From the NCBI GenBank assembly GCA_045159875.1, contig CP067995.1:448001-512000 (forward strand): 64,000 bases of DNA. Reading direction: 5' to 3'. Below, piece after piece: positions 21,788 to 33,070 of the stretch (its first letter is position 1; each line of letters begins with the position of its first letter). Source of the DNA: a cyanobacterium endosymbiont of Rhopalodia gibba (GTDB lineage Bacteria; Cyanobacteriota; Cyanobacteriia; Cyanobacteriales; Microcystaceae). Under the pieces are notes generated by a model, which was not told the DNA's origin, ran no database searches, and worked only from the letters and a program-made list of their open reading frames with translations. Position numbers and translations under genes: made by a program.

Positions 21788-21797
21788 GAGGTAAAAA

Positions 21798-22763
21798 TTG
21801 ACAGAAAATTTGAAGTCAGAAATTATTGAAATTGTAGGAGAGGCGATCTCGCCGGGAGAATGTCGTCGTCTAGAACTTCCTATTGCTCGCTTACCTACCC
21901 AAACTTGGGTTTCTCTCCCTATTACAGTAATCAATGGCTTAAACTCAGGACCAAAACTTTGGCTCAGTGCGGCTATTCATGGGGATGAACTTAATGGGGT
22001 AGAAATCATCCGTCAAGTGGTTACAAATGTTAAGCCAAAACTGTTACACGGCACCTTAATTGCTGTACCTATTGTCAATGTCTTCGGTTTAATTGGACAG
22101 TCCCGCTATTTACCCGACAGAAGAGATCTCAATCGCTCATTTCCCGGCTCTAAAAGTGGTTCTCTTGCTTCACGCTTAGCATACCTATTTATGAAAGAGA
22201 TTGTTAGCCAGAGTACATACGGGATCGATTTACATACTGCTTCTATGCACAGGACTAATCTTCCTCAGATTCGCGCTAACCTTCAAGATTCAGAAACCCG
22301 TCGCTGCGCTCAGGCATTTGGCGCGCCCCTACTCGTACATGCGATGACTCGTGATGGTTCCCTAAGACAAGCAGCAACGAAAAGAGGTATCCCAATCCTA
22401 CTTTACGAAGGGGGTGAAGCTTTACGATTCGATGCAGAGGCTATTCGGATGGGAGTAGAAGGAATTAAGCGAGTTATGGAGTATTTAAAAATGTATCGGT
22501 TTTCTCTGCTACGAACGCCAGTTACGTCAATAGAAGTGGATAAATCTAAGTGGATACGAGCATCCCGTAGTGGGATTTTTCGCTTAGAGGTAGGGTTAGG
22601 GGAAAAAGTGCTGAAAAAGCAGAAATTGGGGATTATTGCCGACGCTTTCGGCGAAAGTAGCATCAAGGTTCGTGCCAGTGCTAATGGGATCGTAATTGGA
22701 TATACTCAAAATCCTTTGGTTAATCAGGGTGATGGAATTGTTCATTTAGCTATCCTTAACTGA
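21798..22763 (+). CDS. Succinylglutamate desuccinylase/aspartoacylase-family (M14) Zn peptidase
   Basis: AAIHGDELNG, DLNRSFPG, IDLHT, LYEGGE; C-terminal biotinyl-like barrel. Confidence 0.92.
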   Translation: MTENLKSEIIEIVGEAISPGECRRLELPIARLPTQTWVSLPITVINGLNSGPKLWLSAAIHGDELNGVEIIRQVVTNVKPKLLHGTLIAVPIVNVFGLIGQSRYLPDRRDLNRSFPGSKSGSLASRLAYLFMKEIVSQSTYGIDLHTASMHRTNLPQIRANLQDSETRRCAQAFGAPLLVHAMTRDGSLRQAATKRGIPILLYEGGEALRFDAEAIRMGVEGIKRVMEYLKMYRFSLLRTPVTSIEVDKSKWIRASRSGIFRLEVGLGEKVLKKQKLGIIADAFGESSIKVRASANGIVIGYTQNPLVNQGDGIVHLAILN

Positions 22764-22813
22764 GTTATTGCGTTATAACAAGGAGTCGGTACTAAGAGAT
22801 TTAATCAATCATT

Positions 22814-23527
22814 ATGTGGATTCGTCAACCTAGCAATATTATTAGTAAAGTTATCTCTCCTGCAGTCCAATTATGGCTGCGTTCTCAACTAGACCACGTA
22901 GATAGCCTACAAATGAAGATTCAAGGAAGTGATTCCCAGATTTGGGGAGGGTATATTCCAGAAATTCTTTTTAATACGAAGGGTGTGATTTATCAAGGAT
23001 TACATTTAGGACAAGCAGATGTTACAGGTAAAAATATTCGCATCAATATTGGACAAATGATTAAAAGAAAACCTTTGCAATTACTCGAGCCGCTCCAAAT
23101 TTTGGGGGAAGTTAAATTAACTGAAAACGATTTACAAGCATCTTTAACTTCTTCTTTATTGGGTGATGCTTTTCAAGAATTATTGATCGCTTTACTAGAA
23201 TATCAAGGAGTTAATGATCCTCGACAGATTTTAGACCATTATGAAATTACCTGGCAGGGGGTAACCTTAAGTCAGTTAAGTTTTGCGTTACAAGGGTTAG
23301 TCGCTAAAAATGAAGTATCTAGACAGATTATTATTGAGGGACAATTAGAATTAATTTCCTCGCAAAGTTTACGATTAATCCTCCTTAAGATAGAAGGACT
23401 ATCGGAATTAACTGATAATTCTTTAGATAAATTAGAATTAGATTTAGGTCCAGATGTGATAATTGAGTCTTTAAGTTTAGAAGATAATCAGTTATGTTGT
23501 CGAGCACAATTCTTAATTCACCCTTAA
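22814..23527 (+). CDS. DUF2993 (LmeA-like) protein
   Basis: ISPAVQLWLRSQ, GVIYQGLHL, NIRINIG, PLQLLEP and LDLGPDV, typical of cyanobacterial DUF2993. Confidence 0.75.
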   Translation: MWIRQPSNIISKVISPAVQLWLRSQLDHVDSLQMKIQGSDSQIWGGYIPEILFNTKGVIYQGLHLGQADVTGKNIRINIGQMIKRKPLQLLEPLQILGEVKLTENDLQASLTSSLLGDAFQELLIALLEYQGVNDPRQILDHYEITWQGVTLSQLSFALQGLVAKNEVSRQIIIEGQLELISSQSLRLILLKIEGLSELTDNSLDKLELDLGPDVIIESLSLEDNQLCCRAQFLIHP

Positions 23528-23989
23528 TAATCAACAAGTATTTTTATTCTTAAACGTCGTATTGATTGTAATTATTTAGTTTGTTATCTGTTATATTTTT
23601 ATGTAGAACAAGCAGAATAAAATTTCATGAAGATTTTAAGGAATTTTTTGTATGTTTATCCTTATTGAATTTATTTGATTATCAACTTGTTCTTAATGAA
23701 ATAAAAAAAAAATACTTTTTATTGCATAAAAAAATGCATTAATTTATATCGATTAGATTATTGCTCATTAATTAATAATTGTTGATAAGATAAAGAAGCT
23801 TGGAGCTATTATTTTTGAATAAATTATTTTAATAACTCACAAAGTTTATATCGATTAAAAACAAGATAATTAATATTATCGCTACAATTAAAATCGTTTG
23901 GAAAAGAGGTTTTTGTAAACATAACTGATACTATCAATAACTTCATATAGGTTAGAAAGTATTTGCAGATTAGCAGATTAAATTAAATC

Positions 23990-24470
23990 TTTATACAAAG
24001 TATAATCGACTGGATGGAAGATAAAAGAAAACAGTAAACTGATGCAGCCAAATATGAAGATTGTGGATGTTAAAAATTTTCTAGGTAAAGCAGTCTTCAT
24101 TTGCCAAGCATTTCTATTGCAATCTCTAAATCTGTTCTTGTAAAAAGACCAGAGTGATCGCCATCAATACCGAACTAGCTTAAACCAGACATATTCGTAA
24201 AAATTTCAGATTGAGTAAACTCGTAAGATTTGCCGATAAACTTTGTTAATTCAGGGCTTTCTAAAAATTTTGCTCATCTGTTTAATATCTATTGTTTCAT
24301 TAATATCAACAAGAACAACAGTTTCATTAAATCTATAAATGAAACGTGCCGAGAATAGAACTTTTCCCTATATCAATTCCAACGAAATTTCCTAATACAC
24401 TCATCCTGGCTTGGACGGAAAGAAATCCAAAGCGGCTCGTGCTTCTCCAATGAAAAAGTTGAAGGCTTTT
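23990..24470 (-). pseudogene. Class I SAM-dependent methyltransferase (Methyltransf_24-like) remnant
   Basis: Fragments GNFVGID / GKSSIL and IDGDHSGLFTRTDLEIAIEML (IDGDH motif), interrupted by stops and frameshifts. Confidence 0.55.
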
Positions 24471-24526
24471 TCAAAACCATATTAATAATAATCAAACTCT
24501 TCCCCCATTTTATATTCCTAAAACTC

Positions 24527-24832
24527 TTAAGTTGATTGTGAGGAGGTGATTGTTTTCCATCCGATTAACTTATTTCCCATCCGAAACAAGACTGTGTTAG
24601 CTAATCCTAATTCTTTAATCGCTTGAATAATCTCCCTTTCAGAGAAGGACAATTCGTTGAGAAAATCAGGACATTGACCACAATCTAGACATAGAACCGT
24701 CGATAACTCCCAAGATTCTCGAAAAATTCGGCATTGGGGAGGTAATAATCTAACAAGTTTACGAAATCGATTGATAGCTACTTTTTCTAATTCCGTACTT
24801 GTACAATTAAAAGATGGATGGGAATTGTTCAT
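24527..24832 (-). CDS. Hypothetical protein (cyanobacterial type)
   Basis: Intact 101-aa ORF from ATG; RIFRESW..STVLCLD and LGLAN..LFR segments. Confidence 0.7.
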   Translation of the reverse strand: MNNSHPSFNCTSTELEKVAINRFRKLVRLLPPQCRIFRESWELSTVLCLDCGQCPDFLNELSFSEREIIQAIKELGLANTVLFRMGNKLIGWKTITSSQST

Positions 24833-25621
24833 AAGTTCTCATAACATAGACGGAGCGAAGCTCGCAATTACCTTTCTCCTTCAGTACTGTCTATGACAAT
24901 GTCGGGGAAAATGATCTTAAAGGACCTCTCTATTAAAATTAGAGCTCCTCAACTTCGAGATAACCATTCATTAAACTAATTATTTGCTGAATTCATCTTT
25001 AAGGTAGCATTGATCTAAAATTGTGGTTGTTACTCTTGTGACGAAACTTTAAAATAAAAATGTTATAACTTCTATATACCGGGAGAAAAATCTTAATAAT
25101 TCAAAGTAAACCTCTAATAAAAAAATTCAGTCTCGATAAATACAAGCATTCTCGACTATGAGAGTTAAAATATAAATTTTTCTGCATTTTACTGAGATGT
25201 TGATAATTGATCATCGTAGTATTAATGGCCCCTTACTCAGAGAAAAATATGATCTAAAAGATTTATTCAGAGAAATTCAAGAAGATCTGAATCTTATAGG
25301 AGAAGTATTAAAGAATTTTATATAATAACGGAAGTTGTCGTTATTATATAACTTCTCGATATGAAAAATCCGAATTTATGAATTGAAATTGTTTTGATTA
25401 TAGAGAATTATATCCCCTTTGGAAGGGAACTGAATTCCATCACAGAGTCTTGAAACAATTATATGAATTATCTAGGTCTCAAGAAAAACAGCTGAAGTTT
25501 TTTTACTAATGTTTTCTATGAATGCGGAACTTCCGTACAAGTAACAACACTAAAGTGTTAAGAAGTGATAGCAATTTATGAACAATGACATTTAATTAAT
25601 CTATAAAACGCATATAACAAA

Positions 25622-25695
25622 TCGGGATGACTGGATTCGAACCAGCGGCCCCTTCGTCCCGAACGAAGTGCGCTACCAAGCTGCGCCACATCCCG
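25622..25695 (-). tRNA. trnP: tRNA-Pro(CGG)
   Basis: CGGGATGTGGCGCAGCTTGGTAGCGCACTTCGTTCGGGACGAAGGGGCCGCTGGTTCGAATCCAGTCATCCCGA folds as a cloverleaf; anticodon CGG; no encoded CCA. Confidence 0.97.
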
Positions 25696-25779
25696 TAGGC
25701 TATCGATTTCTCAACCTATACTACCATATTCTTTGGGATACACTGATATAGATAGTACTATCACAGGAGCAAATAGGAA

Positions 25780-26649
25780 GTGACGATTAAACCAAAATGG
25801 TTAAGAGTGAAAGCCCCTCAATGGCAACGAGTTGGCAATGTAAAGGAAATATTACGAGACCTGGAACTGAATACTGTTTGTGAAGAAGCATCTTGTCCTA
25901 ATATCGGGGAATGTTTCAACGCACTGACCGCCACCTTTTTGATTATGGGACCAGCTTGTACCCGTGCTTGCCCTTATTGTAACATTGACTTTGAGAAAAA
26001 ACCTGAAGCTTTAGATCCCCTTGAACCCTTAAAATTGGCTGAGGCGGTGAAACGTCTAAACCTTAATCATGTGGTAATAACCTCAGTTAACCGAGATGAT
26101 TTGCCCGATGGGGGTGCTTCTCAATTTGTACGTTGTGTCGAAGAAATCCGGAATATTTCTCCAAAGATAACTATTGAAGTACTTATCCCTGATCTATGTG
26201 GTGATTGGAAAAGTTTAGCCATCATTCTAAAAGCGCAACCGGAAGTGCTTAACCACAATACAGAAACTATTCCCCGTTTATATCGACGAGTTCGCCCCCA
26301 AGGGGATTATCAACGATCACTCCAACTTCTGCAACAGACTAAAAAATTGAACCCCCAAATTTATACGAAATCTGGCCTGATGGTAGGTTTCGGGGAAACC
26401 GATGAAGAAGTCCGTCAAGTTATGGTAGATTTACGCCAGGTTGACTGTGATATTCTCAGTCTTGGACAGTATTTACAACCTTCTCCCAAACATTTAGACA
26501 TTTACACCTTTATTAACCCAACTCAATTCGATGACTGGCGAAAATTTGGCGAATCTATCGGATTTTTGCAGGTAGTATCTTCTCCTTTAACCCGTAGTTC
26601 TTACCATGCAGAACAAGTCCGAGAGTTAATGAAACGATATCCCCGCTAA
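25780..26649 (+). CDS. lipA: Lipoyl synthase
   Basis: [40 protein letters not shown]. Confidence 0.97.
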   Translation: MTIKPKWLRVKAPQWQRVGNVKEILRDLELNTVCEEASCPNIGECFNALTATFLIMGPACTRACPYCNIDFEKKPEALDPLEPLKLAEAVKRLNLNHVVITSVNRDDLPDGGASQFVRCVEEIRNISPKITIEVLIPDLCGDWKSLAIILKAQPEVLNHNTETIPRLYRRVRPQGDYQRSLQLLQQTKKLNPQIYTKSGLMVGFGETDEEVRQVMVDLRQVDCDILSLGQYLQPSPKHLDIYTFINPTQFDDWRKFGESIGFLQVVSSPLTRSSYHAEQVRELMKRYPR

Positions 26650-26904
26650 AGAGGAATTTATATCAAGTTTCTGCTAAAAGATTTAAATCCTCACTCTGAA
26701 TTTGCCATCCGTTTAAACTAACGCAGGTGATTAGCATTAGTAACACTAGAATAAATCCCCATGGCTTGTTATTTCTTTTTCGTTGTTAAGAATTTATATA
26801 AATTTGTTAAACTGACTAATCTAGTGATATTTTTTATGATAAAACATAGAATAATATTTAGGGATTTTTTTTGTAACTATAGACACAAGTTAGACAAACA
26901 AAAG

Positions 26905-27330
26905 AGTAAACTATGCGGTATTCTTAGTGTATGTATAAAGTTGAAAACCGATTGCCTTTTTAGACAAAAGAAATAAAGAGGTAATAGCAGGATATTTTTT
27001 TAGTTTAGGTTTAAAGTTATTAAGCAAAATAGAATAAGTTAGTATAGATTGTGGATATCCTATAAAAATATCATCAAAGAAATGCTTCCCAAGCATCAAA
27101 TGATAGCGGTCAGTTTTCATGGCATAAAACAGATTAAATAAAGGTCCACCCCAAAAAAATCTAAAAAGAGGGCAGCAAAAAAACTTAATAATAAAAGAAA
27201 AAGAGAAACCCTAGCCAGTCCAATTTATAGTAAATATTCTTTGCTCAAGAAAAAAGCTAAGATAGAGAAAATAAAAAGAAGGTATTTTTATTTTAGGAAA
27301 TAAAAAACATTTTTATAGCTACAATAACGA
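26905..27330 (+). mobile_element. ISL3-family transposase remnant
   Basis: KPIAFLDKRNKEVIAGYFFSLGLKLLSKIE*VSID / WISYKNIIKEMLPKHQMIAVSFHGIKQI ... SKYSLLK, matching ISL3 VSIDLW..Y...MP.A..VADRFHV.K. Confidence 0.75.
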
Positions 27331-27699
27331 GTAATAAGGCTTTCGATAAACTTTGAAAATGAACATAAACTACTTATCAATATTGGCTAAAAAATTTTAA
27401 GAAAATAAGTGGATATATTAACAAATTTGTAGCTTATTTTTACAGTCATATATCCAAGTACTAATAGAAGTAATTAATCAAAAAATAAAATTTTTAAAAA
27501 AATAAGCTTATGGAAAAATCAACTTTGATAATTTTTGGCAAAAGAATTTTATCAAACTCAATCTATAAAAGCTAAATATATTTATATTCTCTTTTTAAGT
27601 AGAGTTTTTGCCAGTTATCTAGATCTTGTTGTTAAAGTTAAAGGACAAAATTATCTATTTATGCGTAGCAGGTGATATCTAATCAACTAGTTAAATGCT

Positions 27700-28470
27700 G
27701 ATTTTAAAACCTATAAATTTGTAACTTTATAGGTTTTCTTAATTCATAAACTCTCGTTTTAATCAGATTAAATTTATCGTTAATACCTTCTAATACCACT
27801 TAGTTTAAATAGGTATTTTTTTAGTTTAAAATCTAAAAAATACAACTTTTTAATTATAATTAATAAGTTTTTAAATCTAATAGGTGAATTTATTTTTTAC
27901 TTTTTAAGTATCAAGATAAGTGAAAAAATATTTTGTGTTTAATTCTGGTATTTTCATTATTTATAACTAGATTATTCAGCTATTAAGTTTCTTTTTTCGA
28001 TGTAATGTATTACAACGAATATTTCATTAGATATTAACTTAATTTTTTAGTAAAAATATTTACTCTAATACTAGATTTTTACATTATATTAATTAATATA
28101 GTTATTCTTAAGATAAATAATCTTATATATAATTTGCGAAAAAAATATTTTATTTTCACCTGTAGCTATTTTAATAGTTATTAAATTTTTTATTCTTGTA
28201 ATCTCTACCCTTATTGTTTTGCCTTAATCTACTGATGCTGTATGATATTTCTATTTTTTTTTAGTCACAGCAATTTTATCAAAAAAAAACTATTTTAAGT
28301 GCTGAAACTTTTTTATCTATAATTTTCAATCTAAATCTTTGATCATTGTTTCTATCTATTGTTCACTTACCCAACTTTTTAGGGCTAAATTTTAAATTCC
28401 ATTATTTACAATCTCTACAATAATTTTTGCTTTAAGTTTTTCAGTATATTTTCTTTTCTTTTAAGAAAGC
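27700..28470 (-). mobile_element. ISL3-family transposase remnant
   Basis: KRKYTEKLKAKII...VSEQ*IETMIKD near 28300-28460, and EGINDKFNLIKTRVYELR near 27735-27790 (ISL3 EG.NNK.K.IKR..YG.R). Confidence 0.75.
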
Positions 28471-29330
28471 TGACTCTTATGTAAAAGTGAAAACGTATCT
28501 CAAGATAGATCATCGTAAAATGATATATCTTGAGATAGACGGCTTTATCTGATCAATGCGAATATATAATAGTTAATTGATTATTTTAAAAAAGTTTCTT
28601 TGTGGTTAAACTGCAATAAATATAAATTACTGTCATGTCTATTTTTTCGCTCAATAAAACTATTCCTATTTCATTTAAAATCTGACAACTTGTAATGATA
28701 AGTCTTTTTAAATCTAGAATTTTATTAATTCAACCGAGTTCAGTATTTTACACTATAGGAATAAATTAAGTGAAAATATTGAACCTAGTACAATTTAATT
28801 TTAATAAAAATAATTAGAACATTTTCTATACAATCATTATTGTCTTTTATAAGGCGATGATTGAAAATCAAAATTTGTAGTTTTTACTTTTGCGGTTTAG
28901 TCTTAGTAAGACCGATTATCCTTAACTATTGATATTGGGGATAATATTAGTTTTCGTATGGTAGCTCGGTGTTAAATTAAACAAATTTTCTAAATATACT
29001 GTGTAATGTTAATGCTGTTAAGCATGCCAAAAAATTCAATAACTATGAAAGTGAAATATAGTATAGACTATATTGACTTTTACATTAATACAGACATTTC
29101 TTTTATAAAGAGAAGATATAAAAAAGCCATTTAACTCTTCTAATAAATTAGAAATTACTCGAGTCATCGTTATAAATGGACAAGTTTAGGATCAATCATT
29201 TCATATAATTTGGCTCAACTTCATGAAGGAGAGCTCATCCTTAATTTCGGAAATTGAAAAAGAAAGTTGCCTTACTATCTAGTTACCAATTAATCTAGAG
29301 AATAGAAAAGAGTTTAACGGTAAAAATATC

Positions 29331-30155
29331 ATGACGATAATTGAAGCAAAATTAAGACAAATTAAAACTATTTTTAGTCAGATGGAACGAGTATTAATTG
29401 CCTATTCTGGAGGTGTTGATAGTACTTTAGTTGCCAAGGTTGCTTATGATGTGTTAGGTGAACGCACATTGGCGATAACGGCAGTCTCTCCTTCTCTACT
29501 TCCTGAAGAGTTAGAAGATGCCAAAATCCAAGCAGCTGCCATTGGCATTGCCCATGAATTGGTAGAAACTCACGAAATGGATGATCCTAATTATACCACC
29601 AACCTCATTGACCGTTGCTATTTCTGTAAAAGTGAACTCCACAATACTTTGAAACCCCTAGCTTTACAGCGAGGATATCCCTACGTAGTCGACGGGATAA
29701 ATGCTGATGATCTTTACGATTATCGTCCTGGGATTCAAGCAGCTAAAGAACGAGAGGCACGATCACCTCTTGCGGAAGTAGGTATCACTAAAGCTGATGT
29801 TCGGCAATTATCCAAAGAATTAGGGCTTCCTTGGTGGAACAAGCCCGCTCAACCTTGCTTAAGTTCCCGCTTTCCCTATGGAGAAAAAATTACGGTTAGT
29901 AAACTGCAACGGGTTGGACGAGCAGAGATTTACTTACGTAAGTTAGGCTACAAAAATCTTCGGGTTCGTTCCCAAGGAGATACGGCTAAAATTGAATTAC
30001 CCCCAGATCAGATTAAAGAATTTGTTCTTACTACTAATTTATCTCAATTAGTTACTCAATTTCAAAACTATGGATTTATCTATGTTACCCTAGATTTAGA
30101 GGGTTATTGTAGTGGAAAATTAAATCAAGTTTTAACCGCAATGACACTTAAATAA
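29331..30155 (+). CDS. larE: LarE-like ATP-dependent sulfur transferase (PP-loop)
   Basis: AYSGGVDS, RCYFCK, DYRPG, PCLSSR, RVR, TLDLEGY.SG. Confidence 0.9.
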   Translation: MTIIEAKLRQIKTIFSQMERVLIAYSGGVDSTLVAKVAYDVLGERTLAITAVSPSLLPEELEDAKIQAAAIGIAHELVETHEMDDPNYTTNLIDRCYFCKSELHNTLKPLALQRGYPYVVDGINADDLYDYRPGIQAAKEREARSPLAEVGITKADVRQLSKELGLPWWNKPAQPCLSSRFPYGEKITVSKLQRVGRAEIYLRKLGYKNLRVRSQGDTAKIELPPDQIKEFVLTTNLSQLVTQFQNYGFIYVTLDLEGYCSGKLNQVLTAMTLK

Positions 30156-30461
30156 AAATCTCCAGCTTTTTAAAAAAGTCGGTACGGTCACTTTTTAACT
30201 AGTTCCATATTTTGCTCATAACAAGAATTAGTCTCTTCTAAGCAAGGTCTAAAAATAAGTTATTTTTAGTCGAGGAAATATCCCGAAATAACTAATGCAA
30301 AAATGATAGTTTATAAGATTGTAGTATAAATTACTGTCTACTGAACAGTGTTAGAGTAGAGTGCACTTTCTGTTCTTGGATATACATTGTCTGATTCAGG
30401 CATTCGTCTGGGAATAGAATTACTATAAACTATTAATAATTCACTAACTCGGCCCTAACTC

Positions 30462-31340
30462 ATGACAAAACGGGCATTACTGCTAATTAATCGCCATGCT
30501 CGCAAAGGTCGAAACAGCTTTGCTCATGCAGTGGATGTCTTAAATAATCTAGGTTTTGAGTTAATCACTGTTCCGGTTAAAAGTCCTGAGTATATGCCCC
30601 AATTAGTGCGCCGTCACAGAGATAGTATAGATTTGGTAATTGTAGGGGGAGGAGATGGGACCTTAAATGCAATAGTGGACAGTTTAGTGGATATGAAACT
30701 GCCTTTGGGAATTCTACCGTTAGGAACTGCTAATGATCTAGCTCGCACCCTGAGAATTCCCCTGGCAGTTGAGCCGGCGTGTCGAGTTATTGCTCAAGGT
30801 CAACTTAAATATATTGATCTCGGTTGCGTCAATGGAAAACATTTTTTTAACGTAGCAAGTCTAGGGCTGAGTGTAGAGATAACTGGCAAGTTATCGAAAG
30901 GAGCGAAACGCCGTTGGGGCGTTTTGGCCTACGCCATAACCGCGTTACAAGTAATTGGACAAACTCGTCCTTTTAATGCTGAAATTGTGGTCAATGACAA
31001 ACCGGTCCGTGTTAAAACCATTCAGATTGCGGTGGGTAACGGGCGATTTTATGGAGGAGGAATGGCTATCGCCAAGGATGCAACTATCGATGATCAAAGA
31101 TTAGATCTCTATAGCCTGGAACTGAACTATTGGTGGCAAATATTTCCTCTGCTATGGCGACTTCCCCAAGGACAACATGGGGTATTACCGTGGGTACGAA
31201 CTATTGAAGGAGAAACAATGGAAATTTACACCCGTAAATCTCATTCCATTAATACCGATGGAGAAATCACTAGCAAAACTCCGGCTGCGTTTCGGGTGGT
31301 TCCGCACGCTTTAGGAGTCTTGGTTCCTTCATCAATTTAG
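30462..31340 (+). CDS. Lipid kinase, YegS/diacylglycerol kinase family
   Basis: GGGDGT, LPLGTANDLA, GNGRFYGGG, NTDGE. Confidence 0.92.
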   Translation: MTKRALLLINRHARKGRNSFAHAVDVLNNLGFELITVPVKSPEYMPQLVRRHRDSIDLVIVGGGDGTLNAIVDSLVDMKLPLGILPLGTANDLARTLRIPLAVEPACRVIAQGQLKYIDLGCVNGKHFFNVASLGLSVEITGKLSKGAKRRWGVLAYAITALQVIGQTRPFNAEIVVNDKPVRVKTIQIAVGNGRFYGGGMAIAKDATIDDQRLDLYSLELNYWWQIFPLLWRLPQGQHGVLPWVRTIEGETMEIYTRKSHSINTDGEITSKTPAAFRVVPHALGVLVPSSI

Positions 31341-31353
31341 AGTTTTCTTTGAT

Positions 31354-31387
31354 AAAAACATTCAACAAATACTTGTCGAATGTTTTT
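31354..31387 (+). terminator. Terminator-like hairpin
   Basis: AAAAACATTCAACAA-atac-TTGTCGAATGTTTTT just after the stop codon. Confidence 0.6.
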
Positions 31388-32289
31388 GTTTACCAATAGT
31401 TTATGATAGCTTTATTTATACAGTTTTTTATCAGAGGATAGCTTGTTAATTAGAAAGACGAGATTTATCCCTGGTAAATTAATTAACATATGTAAGTTTT
31501 GCTGCTCGAGCGGGACATATCTAGAGTACTCGCAATCCTTATTTCCAAACTAGCAATCAAATTGTTGAAGAATTAGATTACTTCCTAGCTAAAGTTAGTA
31601 CAGATCCATTCGGATTTTAGTGCAAAATTAATTTGCTAGGTATGAACTCGAATATTATATCAATTTTTTTTACAATAAATTGTATATTTAATCCAAAAAT
31701 ATAGGCTATATGCGATAGAAAAACAAGATTACTCTCTCCTTAAAAAAGGGGCAGAATTATAACCATTAATTTTTTTTTGTTCGGTATATTAAACCTTTAA
31801 AAAATTTTATATATTACAAGTTATTCCCCATTGCAAAAAAGTATTTGCTGGTTTCATTAGCTATAATTGCTATAATTATTTTGCGTAACTTATGCCCTAG
31901 TCAGTAGCATTAATGTGCTGTTTTTTGTAAACCCACAAAGGATAAATTACAAGGATTAGCTTGACTGATTCTACTTCTATCGGAATAGAATCTGGTTTAC
32001 AGTAGAGCAAACTGAGTTTTTAAAATTCTAATTAGATATATCTAAAGTCCTATGATATGGTATTAGGGATTTAAACTCAATTAAATCACAAACGATCACA
32101 GTGAATATTGACTTTAAAATTAGCTTTAGGCAACACATACGACTATCAATCTGTTCGTAAGTTAAAGCAAGATTTGATTAACAAATCATCTAGGGACCAA
32201 GGACACATTGCTAATAAACTATTTAAAAATTTATATCAATTAAGGACTTCAAAGAATTACTTGTCATCAACGGAATATAGACCCAAAAT

Positions 32290-33070
32290 TAGTAAATATA
32301 GCTATATTTAGTTGCTTTTAAAAACTCCCATTAATTTAAGCTCAGAAGGTAGACTAGTTTGGCTTGCTACTGTTTTTAAATAACTATTGCAGTCTTGATT
32401 ATTAGCATTTTTTTATATAAATGTTGAACTATCCGTATTTTGACTTAGTTAAAACTCACATTATTTAATATACATCATCATTATAGATTAACATAAAAAA
32501 AATATTGCAGTCTTTTATCTTGCCCAAACTTCTTCTTGAACTATCGTTGAATTGATTGAAAATTACCATGGCTTAAAATATAATAAAAAACCATCTATAA
32601 ACCTTTAAAAAAATAAATTTGATTATTTATGTTTATTATACTCATTTTTTCTATTTAGAAGATACTAATGCTCAAGAAGTTGATCAAAATTATCCCGTCT
32701 TCAAAAATATTCGTGGTCGCGTTCAAAAAACTTCAATAATTAGGGAAATATTTTGTCTAAGGGCTATTTTAGACCAGATTCTCAGGTAAGTTTTCAACCA
32801 TCTCCCAATATCCCTATCCCTTATATCGCAAACTAAGAGACCTAGATTAATAATCAATTGCCCACCCAACTAAACCAAAATTAGAAGGTAAAGATAGATT
32901 AGAAAATACAAGTCTGCTCAGGGGAAATAAATTAGTCTTGATGAGCGATTGCTTCGAAGCTTATTTAGTACTAGTTCAAAGATCAGCAAAACTGAAGTTG
33001 ATCGATAAGACTACTATAAGTATCGGTTATGATGGCAGTATATATTATTCATACATCAGTCTTAGTAAAT
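32290..33070 (+). pseudogene. Possible hexokinase-family pseudogene
   Basis: Ordered fragments TPINLSSEGRLVW, TIAVLI, LGKY and VQRSAKL...TISIGYDGSIYYSY resemble hexokinase motifs (FP...G.L..W, NDT.A.L, SG.YLG, RSA.L, I..DGS.Y). Confidence 0.4.

Noticed and set aside
21349..22666. Antisense ORFs within rimK and the peptidase gene (similar ones lie in aroF, get3, wzt, pheT, metK, cysK and nnr)
   Set aside because: Shadow frames of well-supported genes with no recognisable motifs.
25195..25600. Possible integrated element or restriction gene relic at the tRNA-Pro 3' end
   Set aside because: No integrase, att duplication or convincing motif seen.
26761..27120. Two short ORFs (71 and 69 aa)
   Set aside because: They fall in an ISL3 relic and AT-rich spacer; not credible genes.
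28085..28100. Short all-AT palindromes (TATATTAATTAATATA and similar)
   Set aside because: Expected by chance in very AT-rich DNA.
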